Shown: piece after piece, positions 27,817 to 39,852 of the stretch | Position numbering within the stretch: position 1 is the first letter of the stretch | Layout: every line of letters starts with the position of its first letter | Assembly: GCA_013153315.1 (NCBI GenBank) | Contig: JAADES010000049.1 | Location: forward strand, 1-47,904 | Reading direction: 5' to 3' | DNA: 47,904 bases | Origin: Aquificota bacterium | GTDB taxonomy: Bacteria; Aquificota; Aquificia; Aquificales; QOAS01 | Notes under the pieces: model-generated | What the model was told of the DNA's origin: nothing | The model's input: the letters and a program-made list of their open reading frames with translations, nothing else | Databases searched by the model: none | Position numbers and translations under genes: made by a program

Positions 27817-28848
27817 ATGTCCCGTGAAAAAATAACCGTTGCCCAAATTGCCCGTTTATTAAATATCGAACCTAAAGAAAATTGGAAAGAAATTTATATA
27901 ACCTCCGTTTGTTCTCCCCGAAATGTAAAAAATCCCTGTGCGGTTTTTATTTCGGATAAAACACAACTTAAGGAACTTTCCGATTTACCAACCCTTTTGG
28001 TGGTTAAAAATGATATTCCCGTCGAAGGTATTGACATTGAAAAGACCGTCCTATTGAAGGTTTCCAATCCCAAATTGGCGCTGGCGTTGGTTTTGAAAGA
28101 GCTATATCCTGTCCACCACCCGGTAGGTATATCTTCTAAGGCAACCATTTCGGAAAATGTAAAAATTGGAAAAGATTGCTATATTGGGGATTTTGTTTAT
28201 ATAGCCCCCAACGTGGAGATAGGTAATAACGTCAAAATCTACCCCGGCTGTTATATAGGGGAAAACAGCCGTATAGGGGACAATACAGTTATTTATCCCA
28301 ATGTTGTTATCTATCCCAATACCGTAATAGGGAAAGACTGTATTATTCATGCCGGCACCGTGGTAGGTTCCGATGGATTTGGTTATGTCTTCGATGGAAA
28401 AAAACATATAAAAATTCCCCACGTTGGTGTGGTGGTTATTGAAGACCATGTGGAGGTGGGTGCTAATACAACCATCGATAGGGCTATGTTGGAGAAAACC
28501 CTTATAGGGGAAGGAACAAAGATAGATAACCTTGTAATGGTGGGGCACAACAATCGAATAGGCAAACATGTCATTTTGGTTAGCCAAGTAGGGCTGTCGG
28601 GAAGTGTGGAAATCGGCGACTACTCCATCTTGGCGGGACAGGTGGGGGTAGCCGACCACGTAAAAATTGGGAAAAAGGTTATAGTTACGGCAAAATCCGG
28701 CGTGGCTTCCGATTTGGAAGAGGGCAAAGTTTACGGAGCAAACCTTCCCGCGGTAGAGTGGACCCGTTGGAAAAGAATTTACTCTCTTTTATTGAAACTT
28801 CCCGAATTGGTTAAAGATATGAAAAAACTGTTAAAGAAAAAGAAATAA
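27817..28848 (+). CDS. lpxD: UDP-3-O-acylglucosamine N-acyltransferase
   Basis: Hexapeptide repeats, [34 protein letters not shown]. Confidence 0.95.
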   Translation: MSREKITVAQIARLLNIEPKENWKEIYITSVCSPRNVKNPCAVFISDKTQLKELSDLPTLLVVKNDIPVEGIDIEKTVLLKVSNPKLALALVLKELYPVHHPVGISSKATISENVKIGKDCYIGDFVYIAPNVEIGNNVKIYPGCYIGENSRIGDNTVIYPNVVIYPNTVIGKDCIIHAGTVVGSDGFGYVFDGKKHIKIPHVGVVVIEDHVEVGANTTIDRAMLEKTLIGEGTKIDNLVMVGHNNRIGKHVILVSQVGLSGSVEIGDYSILAGQVGVADHVKIGKKVIVTAKSGVASDLEEGKVYGANLPAVEWTRWKRIYSLLLKLPELVKDMKKLLKKKK

Positions 28849-28855
28849 AAAACCT

Positions 28856-30118
<1,263 letters not shown>

Positions 30119-30185
30119 CTATTTTCCCTAACAGGAACTTTAAAGCTTACCCACCGTAGGGAACGAGTTAAATAAAACCCTAAAA

Positions 30186-31148
30186 ATGTTATCCTTGTTG
30201 AACCCTTACCTTTGGGCGGTCAAATTAAGAAATTTTCTTTACCAAAAGAGGGTTTTTAAAACTTGCCGACCCAAAAGTCGGGTTATTTCGGTCGGAAACC
30301 TCTCGGTGGGAGGAACGGGAAAAACTCCCACCGTTATGGAAATAGCTAAATTCTTAACCTCCAAAGGGTTAAAGGTTTCTATTCTCCTTAGGGGTTATAA
30401 AAGAAAGAGCAAAGGAACCCTAATAGTGGCCGATTATTACCATTTGCTGGCCGATGTTGAAAGGGCGGGCGACGAAGCCTATCTGTATGCGAAATTTTTA
30501 AAAAAGGTTCCCGTAGTGGTTTCCGAAGACCGTTGCAAAGGTGCCCAAATTATAGAAAAACATTTTCAACCCGACGTTATACTGCTCGACGACGCTTTCC
30601 AACATTTAAGGATTCAACGGGATTTGGACATAGTTTTGCTAACCCCCAAAGATTTAAAGGAAAAACTATTGCCCTTCGGGAGATTACGCGAACCTTTTGA
30701 GGTTTTAAAAAATAGAGGCGACTACTGTCTGTTTTCTAAAACTTCCAAACCTAACATGGAACTGGAAAACTTCTGCCAACGGTTGGGAAAACCTTTTGGT
30801 TATCTCCAAGTGGTGGGTTATCGTCTTTTAACCCCCTCTTTGGAAGAAATAGATTTTTCTACCTTAAAGGGTTTAAAAGTTGGTATAGTTTCCGCCGTGG
30901 GGGACAACCGTCTATTTGAACAACAGATGGAAAAGTTGGCTTCAAAATACGGCTTCCTTATTGTGGAAAGGAAATTTTTTCCCGACCATTTTGACTATAG
31001 AGGTGTTAGTTTTAATCCCAACCTTCTTTGGATAACCACCCCAAAAGACCTATTTAAGTTGGAAAAAAAGATAAAAAACCTTTTGGCGGTAGATAGGATT
31101 TTCCAACTGCCGGAAAATCTAAAACAACAACTTAAGGAACTTCTCTAA
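30186..31148 (+). CDS. lpxK: tetraacyldisaccharide 4'-kinase
   Basis: VGNLSVGGTGKTP, RGYKR, GDE, LDDAFQH, LLPFGRLRE, FPDH. Confidence 0.93.
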   Translation: MLSLLNPYLWAVKLRNFLYQKRVFKTCRPKSRVISVGNLSVGGTGKTPTVMEIAKFLTSKGLKVSILLRGYKRKSKGTLIVADYYHLLADVERAGDEAYLYAKFLKKVPVVVSEDRCKGAQIIEKHFQPDVILLDDAFQHLRIQRDLDIVLLTPKDLKEKLLPFGRLREPFEVLKNRGDYCLFSKTSKPNMELENFCQRLGKPFGYLQVVGYRLLTPSLEEIDFSTLKGLKVGIVSAVGDNRLFEQQMEKLASKYGFLIVERKFFPDHFDYRGVSFNPNLLWITTPKDLFKLEKKIKNLLAVDRIFQLPENLKQQLKELL

Positions 31149-31232
31149 GGACCTAAAAAAGTTAGAATTTTTAAAAGAGCCTTTTACGGAAGCCTTTTCC
31201 TTTTATATAGAAGGAGGTGAAAACTGTTTGCC

Positions 31233-32363
31233 ATGCGACAAAAAAAGTCTGAAATTAAATCGGAAAGCTCCTTTGGGAATCAAGAATTTGGGCTACTTAA
31301 AGCAGGTTCGTGGACGGGAATTATTAACCACTATAGGGATTTTTTGCCCGTTAGCGATAAAACCCCCGTTATAACCCTCTACGAAGGTAATACCCCCCTT
31401 ATAAAGGCCAGGAATTTAACCAAATTTTTGGGGGTCGATGTAAACCTTTATTTCAAATTTGAAGGTCTAAATCCCACCGGCTCCTTCAAAGACCGCGGGA
31501 TGACCATGGCAATTTCCAAAGCGGTGGAGGCGGGTAAGAAAGCGGTAATTTGTGCATCCACCGGAAACACCTCCGCCTCGGCTGCCGCCTACGCCGCCCG
31601 AGCCGGATTAAAAGCCTTTGTAGTATTGCCCCACGGTGCGGTAGCTTTAGGAAAGCTATCGCAGGCTATGATTTACGGGGCCAAAATCGTGGCCATTAAA
31701 GGAAACTTCGATGACGCCCTCTATTTAGTTAGGAAAATAGTAGAAAACCACCCTATAGAGATAGTTAACTCGGTAAACCCCTACCGTTTGGAAGGTCAAA
31801 AAACAGCCGCCTTCGAAATATGCGACGCTTTGGGCGACGCCCCCGATTACCAATTTATCCCCGTAGGTAACGCAGGAAACATTACCGCCTATTGGAAGGG
31901 TTATAAAGAGTATTACCAGGCGGGGCTTATTAAAAAACTTCCTAAAATGATGGGCTGGCAGGCGGAAGGTTCGGCCCCCATAGTTAAGGGCTACCCCATT
32001 AAAAACCCCCAAACCATAGCGACCGCCATAAGAATAGGAAACCCCTACAGCTGGCAGGGAGCATTAAAAGCGCGCGACGAAAGCGGCGGCCGCATAGATG
32101 CCGTAAGCGACGACGAAATTCTCTATGCCTACAAGTTGGTCGCCTCCATGGAAGGTATTTTCTGCGAACCCGCTTCGGCCGCCTCGGTTGCAGGCTTTAT
32201 AAAGTGCGTTCGCGAAGGTCTTTTCAAAGGAGGGGAAACGGTAGTCTGCACCCTAACGGGAAACGGCTTAAAAGACCCCGACACGGCTATTAAAATGTCG
32301 GAAGAACCTATAGTGGTTCCCCCCGACCTAAAAGCCCTCGAAGAGGTTTTCGAAATTAGTTAA
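31233..32363 (+). CDS. thrC: threonine synthase
   Basis: [46 protein letters not shown]. Start uncertain (short N-terminal extension). Confidence 0.95.
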   Translation: MRQKKSEIKSESSFGNQEFGLLKAGSWTGIINHYRDFLPVSDKTPVITLYEGNTPLIKARNLTKFLGVDVNLYFKFEGLNPTGSFKDRGMTMAISKAVEAGKKAVICASTGNTSASAAAYAARAGLKAFVVLPHGAVALGKLSQAMIYGAKIVAIKGNFDDALYLVRKIVENHPIEIVNSVNPYRLEGQKTAAFEICDALGDAPDYQFIPVGNAGNITAYWKGYKEYYQAGLIKKLPKMMGWQAEGSAPIVKGYPIKNPQTIATAIRIGNPYSWQGALKARDESGGRIDAVSDDEILYAYKLVASMEGIFCEPASAASVAGFIKCVREGLFKGGETVVCTLTGNGLKDPDTAIKMSEEPIVVPPDLKALEEVFEIS

Positions 32364-32390
32364 CATCTTTTTAGTTTGTTTTTTACAGCT

Positions 32391-32708
32391 TTAAATGGAT
32401 AGTTCTTTTTCCAATTCCCTTTTTAGAGCTTCAAATTTTTCAAGAATCCTACCGTAGGTTTCTAAAAGTTTTTTACCTTCCTTGGTTAAAGAGGTTCCTT
32501 TTCCCCTGTGGCGTTGAAAAATAGGTTTTCCCAATCGTTGTTCGATAAGCTTTACATAGCTGTGAGCTTTCTTGTAAGGGAGGTTCAAATTTTCCGCCGC
32601 CCTTTTTATGGAACCGGTTTTTTCTATTTCCTTTAGTAGGAGATATTTACCCAAACTTAAAATGGGTTCTCCATCTTTTTCCAACCAAACCTTGTATTGG
32701 ATTTGCAT
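32391..32708 (-). CDS. stand-alone ModE N-terminal-type winged-helix regulator
   Basis: K.WLE.DG..I...G...LL..I..TGSI..AA..L...YKKA, G.GT.LT.EG; no molybdate-binding domain. Confidence 0.85.
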   Translation of the reverse strand: MQIQYKVWLEKDGEPILSLGKYLLLKEIEKTGSIKRAAENLNLPYKKAHSYVKLIEQRLGKPIFQRHRGKGTSLTKEGKKLLETYGRILEKFEALKRELEKELSI

Positions 32709-32815
32709 TAAAAGTTTTAAAGCTACCTACCTCTTCCCAACAGAGGTTATTTATTTGTCCCTACGAAGTTTAGCCCCAATAAATTAGCCCTTGCGTCGGT
32801 CTATCATAAGTTGAC

Positions 32816-33676
32816 ATGCCCCTTGAGAAGGAACACTCTAATTTAGTTTACCTCTACGTAAAACATTCTCCCGAAGCCTACAAATTTGCCCGAGAAGTTA
32901 AAAAACTCCTCCAAAAGGAAGGATTTAAAGCGGTTACCGACCAAAAGGAGTTGGACTTTCTTGAAAAAATCCCGACCGAGGAGATTAAAAAGTGCCACCT
33001 TTGTGTGGTTGTGGGAGGAGACGGAACCTTCCTTGCGGCCGCCCGAAAAGTTGCCCCCTTGGGGGTTCCCATAGTTGGAATAAACCTTGGTAGGTTTGGA
33101 TTTTTAACCGAAATAGAGACGGTGGAAGTTAATAGACTTTTGCCCAAAATTTTGCGTTACGAAGTTCCCATTCAGGAGAGGTTGGTTTTGGAAGTTCATA
33201 CCTCCCTGGACGGTAAAGAAAACTTTGTTGGCTATGCAATAAATGACGCGGTAATTAGCAAAGCCGCCTTAGCACGGATGATAGATATTTCCATAGATAC
33301 CTCCATAGGCCATTTGGGAACCATTTCGGGAGACGGGATAATAGTGGCTACACCCACCGGTTCGACCGCCTACGCTATGGCCGCAGGTGGGCCTATCGTT
33401 TACCCAACGCTGGACGCCAAGGTGCTGGTTCCCATTTGCCCCCATACCCTAACCCAACGCCCTATAGTGCTTGCGGGCGATGTAAGCCTTAAACTAAGCT
33501 TAAAAACAGATTACAGCACCGTTTACCTTACCGTCGACGGGCAGATAGGAAGGGCTTTAAAACCCCAAGAGCAGGTTATAGTTAAAAAAGCACCCTTTAA
33601 GTTGAAAATGTTTGTCCACCCCTACCGTAGTTATTTCGACCTTGTAAGAATAAAGCTTAAGTGGGGTAAGCGTTAA
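32816..33676 (+). CDS. nadK: NAD(+) kinase
   Basis: GGDGT, G.N.GR.GFL, ND, DG.IVATPTGSTAY...AGGP, PICPH. Confidence 0.95.
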   Translation: MPLEKEHSNLVYLYVKHSPEAYKFAREVKKLLQKEGFKAVTDQKELDFLEKIPTEEIKKCHLCVVVGGDGTFLAAARKVAPLGVPIVGINLGRFGFLTEIETVEVNRLLPKILRYEVPIQERLVLEVHTSLDGKENFVGYAINDAVISKAALARMIDISIDTSIGHLGTISGDGIIVATPTGSTAYAMAAGGPIVYPTLDAKVLVPICPHTLTQRPIVLAGDVSLKLSLKTDYSTVYLTVDGQIGRALKPQEQVIVKKAPFKLKMFVHPYRSYFDLVRIKLKWGKR

Positions 33677-33714
33677 AACTTCTTCCAAAGTTTTTATTCC
33701 TTTCCCTCTACATT

Positions 33715-33731
33715 TTGAGACTGAATATTAA
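33715..33731. promoter_or_regulatory. Fur-box-like site upstream of feoB
   Basis: TTGAGACTGAATATTAA matches TTGATAATnATTATCAA at 12 of 16 positions, about 27 nt before the feoB ATG. Confidence 0.45.
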
Positions 33732-33757
33732 TTAGAATACCCATCGGAGGAATTTAT

Positions 33758-35929
33758 ATGAAAAAGAAAACTCTAAAGGTGGCTTTTATAGGCCAACCCA
33801 ATGTAGGAAAATCCTCCCTCCTATACAAAATAGCGGGCGGAGACGTTCAAATAGGAAACTGGGCGGGAATAACGGTAGATAAACATGTAGCAAAAATTTC
33901 TTACCAAGGGTTTGAATTAGAGCTGGTAGACCTTCCCGGAGTTTACAACCTTACCCCCTACACCCCCGAGGAGAGGATAGCAAGAGACTTCTTAATTTTT
34001 GAAAAACCCGATGTGATTGTTAATGTTATAGAAACCCCCCTGTTGGAAAGAAACCTATTTCTTACTTCCCAACTGTTGGAATTGGAAATACCTACAGTTT
34101 TGGCCCTAAATATGTGGGACGAATTTACCGCCAAAGGTTATAGTCTCGATATAGCAACACTGAAAAAGGAATTAAATGTCGAAGCGGTGGAGGTGGTGGG
34201 AAAAACGGGCTACAACGTTGACAAGCTTTTGGAAAAAATTATCGAGGTTTATCTTTCGAAAAAAAAACCGAAGCCCTTTAAGTTTTCCAACCTTATAGAG
34301 GAAGTTTTAGAAAAGATAGACCAAAAACTCCAAAAGGAGGAGTTCTATAAACTATTTCCCCGTAGGTGGTTAAACCTAAAAACCCTCGAAGGGGACGAAT
34401 ATTTAGCCCAATACCTGAAGGAAAAATTTAATTTCGACCTTTTAAAGTGCTGTAAAAAAGAACGCCACTATATTAGCGAAGCCTACAATATGCCCCCCGA
34501 CGAGGTTATTACCGAAGAAAGATATAAAGCCGTCGCACGGTTGGTTAAAAAAATTTTGAAAACTCCCTCCGAAGTCAAACGAAAAAGTATCCAAGAGTGG
34601 TTGGATGAAATTTTCTTAAACCCCTACTTGGGACTGCCTTTGTTCTTCCTAATAATGTTTCTTGTTTTCAAATTGACCTTTGACGTTTCGGCCCCCTTTA
34701 TGGATTGGTTGGAAGGCTTCGTCAACGACTTTGTAGGTAAATACATACTTTTGCTTCTCCAAGCCCTACATGCACCCGACTGGCTTTTATCCTTTGTCAA
34801 GGAGGGCATTATAGGCGGTATAGGCTTTTTTGCCACCTTTATACCCGTTCTAATGTTTATGTATTTGGCGATAGGATTTTTGGAGCACAGCGGATATTTT
34901 GCCCGCGCCGCCTTCGTTACCGACGCCTTGGTTAGGAAATTTGGTCTCTCGGGAAAATCGACCGTGGCGATGATTTTAGGCTTCGGTTGCAATGTTCCCG
35001 CCGTTTTGGCCACCCGAACCCTCGAAAGTCCCGTCCTAAGAAAACTGACCGCCTTGGTAATACCTTTTATGTCCTGTTCGGCAAGGTTGCCCGTTTATGC
35101 CCTCTTGGCGTTGGCCTTCTTTCCCGACCATGCGGCGGTGGCTATTTTTTCAATGTATCTCCTCGGTGTGGTTGTAGCTTTATTTATAGCCTTCCTACTT
35201 AGTAGGACTATTTTCAAAAAATCCCTTTTAGAGGTTCCCTTTATAGTGGAACTACCCCCCTATAGGTTGCCCGGTTTTAAAGAAATAATCCGCTCCATGT
35301 GGACACCTGTATGGGAGTTTATCCACCGTGCGGGAACGGTAATATTTTTTGCAAACTTGGCGGTTTGGGTTTTAATGAATATCCCCTACGGTGCACCCCC
35401 TAAGGAAACCCTTTTGGGAAAAATAGCTACCACCGCCGCCCCCCTCTTTAAACCTGCGGGCTTTGGTGAGCATTGGGAAAACGTTGCCGTTTTAATTCCC
35501 GGCTTTTTAGCCAAGGAGATAGTGGTTACCGCCTACGGAACCATATTAGGTATAGAGGAAAACAAGGAAAACCTTCCAAAGGAGAACTTGAAATTTAACC
35601 TTTTGGAGGATTTGAAGGAACAAATAACTAAATTGGTTAACGCTTTCTTTCAAGCCTTTAAAAGGTTGGTAAACCAAATAATACCCCTCTCTTTGGAAGT
35701 TGAAGATGTTAAACCCAAACTTATAGAGAAGATAAAAAAGTTATTTACCCCGGCTTCGGCGGTGGCCTTTATGGTTTTTGTGCTTTTATATACCCCCTGT
35801 GCGGCGACCGTGGCGGTTATGGCCCAAGAGTTCGGTTATAGCTTGGCACTTTTTTCTATCTTTTTAAACTTTACCACCGCTTGGATTTTATCGGTTTTAA
35901 CCTATCAAGTTTTGTCCTTAATTTTTTAA
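33758..35929 (+). CDS. feoB: ferrous iron transporter FeoB
   Basis: GQPNVGKS, GNWAGITV, DLPG.Y, NMWD, GFGCNVPA, FMSCSARL, LYTPC. Confidence 0.96.
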   Translation: MKKKTLKVAFIGQPNVGKSSLLYKIAGGDVQIGNWAGITVDKHVAKISYQGFELELVDLPGVYNLTPYTPEERIARDFLIFEKPDVIVNVIETPLLERNLFLTSQLLELEIPTVLALNMWDEFTAKGYSLDIATLKKELNVEAVEVVGKTGYNVDKLLEKIIEVYLSKKKPKPFKFSNLIEEVLEKIDQKLQKEEFYKLFPRRWLNLKTLEGDEYLAQYLKEKFNFDLLKCCKKERHYISEAYNMPPDEVITEERYKAVARLVKKILKTPSEVKRKSIQEWLDEIFLNPYLGLPLFFLIMFLVFKLTFDVSAPFMDWLEGFVNDFVGKYILLLLQALHAPDWLLSFVKEGIIGGIGFFATFIPVLMFMYLAIGFLEHSGYFARAAFVTDALVRKFGLSGKSTVAMILGFGCNVPAVLATRTLESPVLRKLTALVIPFMSCSARLPVYALLALAFFPDHAAVAIFSMYLLGVVVALFIAFLLSRTIFKKSLLEVPFIVELPPYRLPGFKEIIRSMWTPVWEFIHRAGTVIFFANLAVWVLMNIPYGAPPKETLLGKIATTAAPLFKPAGFGEHWENVAVLIPGFLAKEIVVTAYGTILGIEENKENLPKENLKFNLLEDLKEQITKLVNAFFQAFKRLVNQIIPLSLEVEDVKPKLIEKIKKLFTPASAVAFMVFVLLYTPCAATVAVMAQEFGYSLALFSIFLNFTTAWILSVLTYQVLSLIF

Positions 35930-36195
35930 CTCCCTTTTTGGGGTAATTTTCCCGTTTGCCTCAAAATGTAGGCGATAATTTTGGCAACCGCCTCATAGAG
36001 TTCGGGAGGAATTTCCCTATAAAGGTCGATTTTTATTAAACTGTCCACCAAAAGGGGGTCTTCCACTATAGGGATATTGTGCTTTTTAGCAAGCTCAATT
36101 ATTTTTTTGGCTATTTCACCCTGGCCTTTAGCCACCACCTTGGGGGCGTTGTCGGTCTCTTGGTTGTAGCTTAAGGCAACTGCTTTTTTCTCCAT
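35926..36195 (-). CDS. stand-alone FlhB C-terminal domain-like protein (FlhX/YlqH, EscU/YscU family)
   Basis: AVAL.Y.....APKVVAKG.G.IA..I...A....IPI.ED..L...L, EIPPELYEAVA. Confidence 0.9.
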   Translation of the reverse strand: MEKKAVALSYNQETDNAPKVVAKGQGEIAKKIIELAKKHNIPIVEDPLLVDSLIKIDLYREIPPELYEAVAKIIAYILRQTGKLPQKGS

Positions 36196-36217
36196 AGGCT
36201 AATTTTAATTCTTTGTA

Positions 36218-36985
36218 ATGGAAAGAATAGATTCCAGAGGCCCATACGACCTTCGTCCTACCCGAATACAGCGGGATGTAAACATCTACGCCGAGGGTTC
36301 CGCCCTGATAGAAATGGGCAACACCAAGGTTTACATTACGGCCTCCGTTCAGGAGGGAGTGCCTCCCTTTTTGAAAGGCACCGGTCAAGGTTGGCTTACC
36401 GCCGAATATTCCATGTTGCCGAGGGCGGGACAAACCCGTAGTTTCCGCGAAAGGGGCGGAAAAATTTCAGGCCGAACCCAGGAAATCCAAAGGCTTATTG
36501 GTAGGGTTCTACGCTCGGTGGTAGACCTTTCGGCGTTGGGAGAAAGGACAATTTGGGTTGATTGCGATGTTCTCCAAGCCGACGGAGGAACCCGCACCGC
36601 CTCTATAACGGGTGCTTGGGTAGCTGTGGCCGATGCCCTAATAAAACTTAAAGAAAAGGGAGAACTGGATAGGGTTCCTCTAAAAGACTATTTGGCCGCC
36701 GTTAGTGTGGGAAAGGTGGACGGTCAACTTCTTTTGGATTTAAATTACGAAGAAGATTCCAAAGCCCAAGTTGATATGACCGTGGTGGCAACCGGTAGCA
36801 ACAAACTTGCCGACATTCACGCTTCGGGCGAAGAGGCTTTATTTTCCCGCGATGAGTTTAACGATATGCTTACAATGGCCTTAGACGGTATTGAAAGATT
36901 AATAGACCTCCAAAAGAAATTGGTAACCAAAGACCCAAACACGGGAGATTGGAAAAAAACCGACCTAAAGGAGGTTAGACTTTAA
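36218..36985 (+). CDS. rph: ribonuclease PH
   Basis: [54 protein letters not shown]. Confidence 0.97.
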   Translation: MERIDSRGPYDLRPTRIQRDVNIYAEGSALIEMGNTKVYITASVQEGVPPFLKGTGQGWLTAEYSMLPRAGQTRSFRERGGKISGRTQEIQRLIGRVLRSVVDLSALGERTIWVDCDVLQADGGTRTASITGAWVAVADALIKLKEKGELDRVPLKDYLAAVSVGKVDGQLLLDLNYEEDSKAQVDMTVVATGSNKLADIHASGEEALFSRDEFNDMLTMALDGIERLIDLQKKLVTKDPNTGDWKKTDLKEVRL

Positions 36986-36988
36986 CTT

Positions 36989-38056
36989 TTATTTTCCTTC
37001 CTTTAAGGGCTTTAAATCAAAATATTCCAAAATTGCCCTGTAAAGGGTTCGGGCTATCTTCCATTGGTCGGAAGGATTTAAAAGAATTTTCCTATCGGTG
37101 GGATTACTCAAATAACCGACCTCCACCAATATGGCTGGAACTCCGGGAACTTTTAACACCGCAAAGGCCCTTTTATAAATCCCCCCACAAGGGATTAAAT
37201 TTCGTAAGTTAATACACCACAAATGTTGTAAAATTCGGGCAAACTCTTCGCCCTCGTCTTGGGTTATTTCCAAGGTTGTTTTTGCTACCTCCTTGGTCAA
37301 ATAACGGTTATGGGCGATAGTTTCGGAAAAAAAGGCTTTAGCGTGTTCGGGATGTTCTACCAAGTCGCGGATTTTTAAACGGATACCTTTGTCCGAAAGA
37401 ACATAAAATTCCACCCCCCTGCGGTTGGGATTGTAAGGGTTGGCGTTGGCGTGTATCGATATAAACAGGTCGGCCCCCACCTTGGCGGTAAATTTTTGTC
37501 TCCCGGCAAGGGAAATATATCTGTCTCCCCAACGGGTTAGATAAGGTTTAAATCTCGGGTCTTCCTTCAGTAGGTGGTAGAGTTTTAAAGCTATTTGGTA
37601 GTTAACAACTTTTTCTTTAACACCACCGTAAATGGCCCCGCTATCCTTTCCACCGTGGCCGGGGTCTATTACTATTTTGTATGGTGCATTGCGGGTATTT
37701 TTAAAAGGTATCAGAACCACAATAGTGCGGTATCTTTTTATTGCCTTAGCTCGGTAAACATCCAATTTAGGATTTTTAACCAAAAGGGTTATTAGATTTT
37801 TCGAACCCTTTATAAGGACACTGTAAAATTCCCTCTCAAATTTTTTATCGTTGGGAACTTTTATTATCAGTAAATCCCTTTTGGGGTCTTTGATAAATTT
37901 GAACCATGAAGGGTGGGTAAGGGTTATATAAACCCTATACAGGTGTTTATCTACACCTACCGAAATCCGTTCTACCTTTTGGGCAAAAACAACCAAGGAA
38001 AGGAAACAAAGAAGCAGAAAAACCCTAATCGGGTATGAAATCAATGTCGATATCAT
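36989..38056 (-). CDS. N-acetylmuramoyl-L-alanine amidase (Amidase_3, AmiC-like)
   Basis: Signal peptide; IDPGHGGKD.GA, EK, FISIHAN, FAVLK...PAILVEVGYLSN. Start uncertain. Confidence 0.9.
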   Translation of the reverse strand: MISTLISYPIRVFLLLCFLSLVVFAQKVERISVGVDKHLYRVYITLTHPSWFKFIKDPKRDLLIIKVPNDKKFEREFYSVLIKGSKNLITLLVKNPKLDVYRAKAIKRYRTIVVLIPFKNTRNAPYKIVIDPGHGGKDSGAIYGGVKEKVVNYQIALKLYHLLKEDPRFKPYLTRWGDRYISLAGRQKFTAKVGADLFISIHANANPYNPNRRGVEFYVLSDKGIRLKIRDLVEHPEHAKAFFSETIAHNRYLTKEVAKTTLEITQDEGEEFARILQHLWCINLRNLIPCGGIYKRAFAVLKVPGVPAILVEVGYLSNPTDRKILLNPSDQWKIARTLYRAILEYFDLKPLKEGK

Positions 38057-39839
38057 CTTTTTTTACCTCGTTATAAACCTCCTCCGCGCGGGTAGCCCAG
38101 GCGGGGAAGGGGAAATTAACAATTAAAGGCATTGGTATATCGGGCTGGTGAATAATAACCTCTCCTTTCCTAAGTAGTAAAGCCCTCTGTTTGTAAACGG
38201 GGGGTAGATAGTCGTATTCTTTTGCCGAGGCTTCGGAAGCGTCGAGGCGTCCTGTTATTTTTATGGAGGCGTTGGCCACTATCCTTTTTTCCACTTCGGA
38301 GGCGGTTTGTTGGGCCCCTATTAGGATTATTCCCAAGCTCCGACCCCGCTCGGCTATATCTAAGAGAATATCCTTTATAGGCGACCATTGACCGCGGGGG
38401 GCGTATTTGTTCAGCTCGTCCAAAACTATGTAAATTACAGGTTTTCTTCCTACTTTTTCCTTCTCCCTAAAAATCTTTTTTAGGAGGGCTCCCACCACAA
38501 ACATTTGGGCTACGGTGTGAAGTTTGTTAATTCCCACAACATTTAGGGGGTTTTTTCGCCAATCTATTTTAAAGTTGTCTCTATCTTTATCTTGCAAAAC
38601 ATCGGGATTAACCACCATCGGGGACACATAGGAGGCGGCATGTTCAAACCTTCTTAGAAAGGCGTAGGCGTGGCCAACGGTTACTGCCCCGAACCAACTC
38701 TCAAAAATTTGGGCTACCCTGTTGCAAAAATCTTCGTTTTCCCTTTGGAATTTTTTATCGGCGTTGCATTTTCGGCGGTCTTTTATCACTTTTTTTAAAA
38801 AGGCTACCAAATCTTCCAAGCTCTCGATTTCTTTAGGAGGTAGTATTTGACCCTCTTGGTTGTAAAGGTCGAAGTTAAAAAGCCTATCCCTCCAAGCGGG
38901 GTTGTCTTTTTGTTTTTCCGCCGTTTCTGCGGCCAATTCTTTTAACCGTTCCGCAACTTTGTCTATTACGTAGTGGAGGCTGGAAGTTCCTTCTTCGCCC
39001 TCCACAAACATAAATTTGATTAAACCTTCCTCGGCAAATTCTCTAACCGTCCACAGGTAGGTATTTATTCCGTCCCTTCGGCTATCCACATCGGGAATTA
39101 AACTTCCTTTTTCCTTCGGAGGGGCAAAAAAGCTAACTCCCTGAAAAGGTTGGGCAGGTAAACCCATTTTTCGGTAGAGAGGTTCAAATTTTTCCCTATT
39201 TTGGAGAAAAATTTTGTTGGGCTTGTCGAGGAAAAATAAATCTTCCCCTTTTACGTTGAAAATTAAAGCGTGAACTTTTTCCTCTCTTACGGTGTTAAAA
39301 ATTGAATAAAGAAGAAATAAAGCGTAAGAGGTTTTAGAAGCTACACCCGATATTCCCGAAATTGAAATATGGGCCCCGTCCTTTCCGTTTAAAAAGTGAT
39401 AGTTAATGTAGGCGGGTTGACCTCCCCGCAACAACCCTGCGGGAATTTTAACCTTCATTTGGTCAAAATAGAGGGCCTTTTCCAAACCCTCCCTATCTTG
39501 GCTCAAAGGATAAACAGGGTCGCCGGGAAAGGGAGGTATATAAATTTCGTCCTCTATACGGGTAACCTGAACTTTGGCTATAAACGCCTCATGGGCGGGG
39601 AGGTTTCCACTTGCAAAATCGAGGGCGTCGAAAACAAATTCCGAACCCTCAAGATATCTATAAAGCTCTGTAACAATTCCGTAAAAGTTAACTTTCCTAC
39701 CGTCGGGCAAGAGCGTTTCCACCCTTATAGGGTCGTCCAACTGTACCAAGTTGGGGGGCTCTATTCCCACCCAAAACTCCAAAGGGGAGGTAGGTTTATT
39801 TCCCAAAACAAAACCTATAGGGGAAGGTTTAAAGTCCAT
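38025..39839 (-). CDS. herA: HerA/FtsK-family ATPase (HAS-barrel + DUF87)
   Basis: N-terminal beta-rich HAS-like domain, H.SISGISGVASKTSY (variant Walker A), IFNVKGED, VLDELNKYAP (Walker B), IAERGRSLG..LIGAQQ. Confidence 0.85.
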   Translation of the reverse strand: MDFKPSPIGFVLGNKPTSPLEFWVGIEPPNLVQLDDPIRVETLLPDGRKVNFYGIVTELYRYLEGSEFVFDALDFASGNLPAHEAFIAKVQVTRIEDEIYIPPFPGDPVYPLSQDREGLEKALYFDQMKVKIPAGLLRGGQPAYINYHFLNGKDGAHISISGISGVASKTSYALFLLYSIFNTVREEKVHALIFNVKGEDLFFLDKPNKIFLQNREKFEPLYRKMGLPAQPFQGVSFFAPPKEKGSLIPDVDSRRDGINTYLWTVREFAEEGLIKFMFVEGEEGTSSLHYVIDKVAERLKELAAETAEKQKDNPAWRDRLFNFDLYNQEGQILPPKEIESLEDLVAFLKKVIKDRRKCNADKKFQRENEDFCNRVAQIFESWFGAVTVGHAYAFLRRFEHAASYVSPMVVNPDVLQDKDRDNFKIDWRKNPLNVVGINKLHTVAQMFVVGALLKKIFREKEKVGRKPVIYIVLDELNKYAPRGQWSPIKDILLDIAERGRSLGIILIGAQQTASEVEKRIVANASIKITGRLDASEASAKEYDYLPPVYKQRALLLRKGEVIIHQPDIPMPLIVNFPFPAWATRAEEVYNEVKKDDIDIDFIPD

Positions 39840-39852
39840 AATCTGGTGTTAA

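Noticed and set aside
28102-28659. 185-aa antisense ORF with Asn/Ile periodicity
   Set aside because: Shadow of the LpxD hexapeptide repeats on the opposite strand.
35926-36195. Type III secretion or flagellar locus
   Set aside because: Only a stand-alone FlhB C-domain homolog is present, a common dispersed gene with no other export genes nearby.
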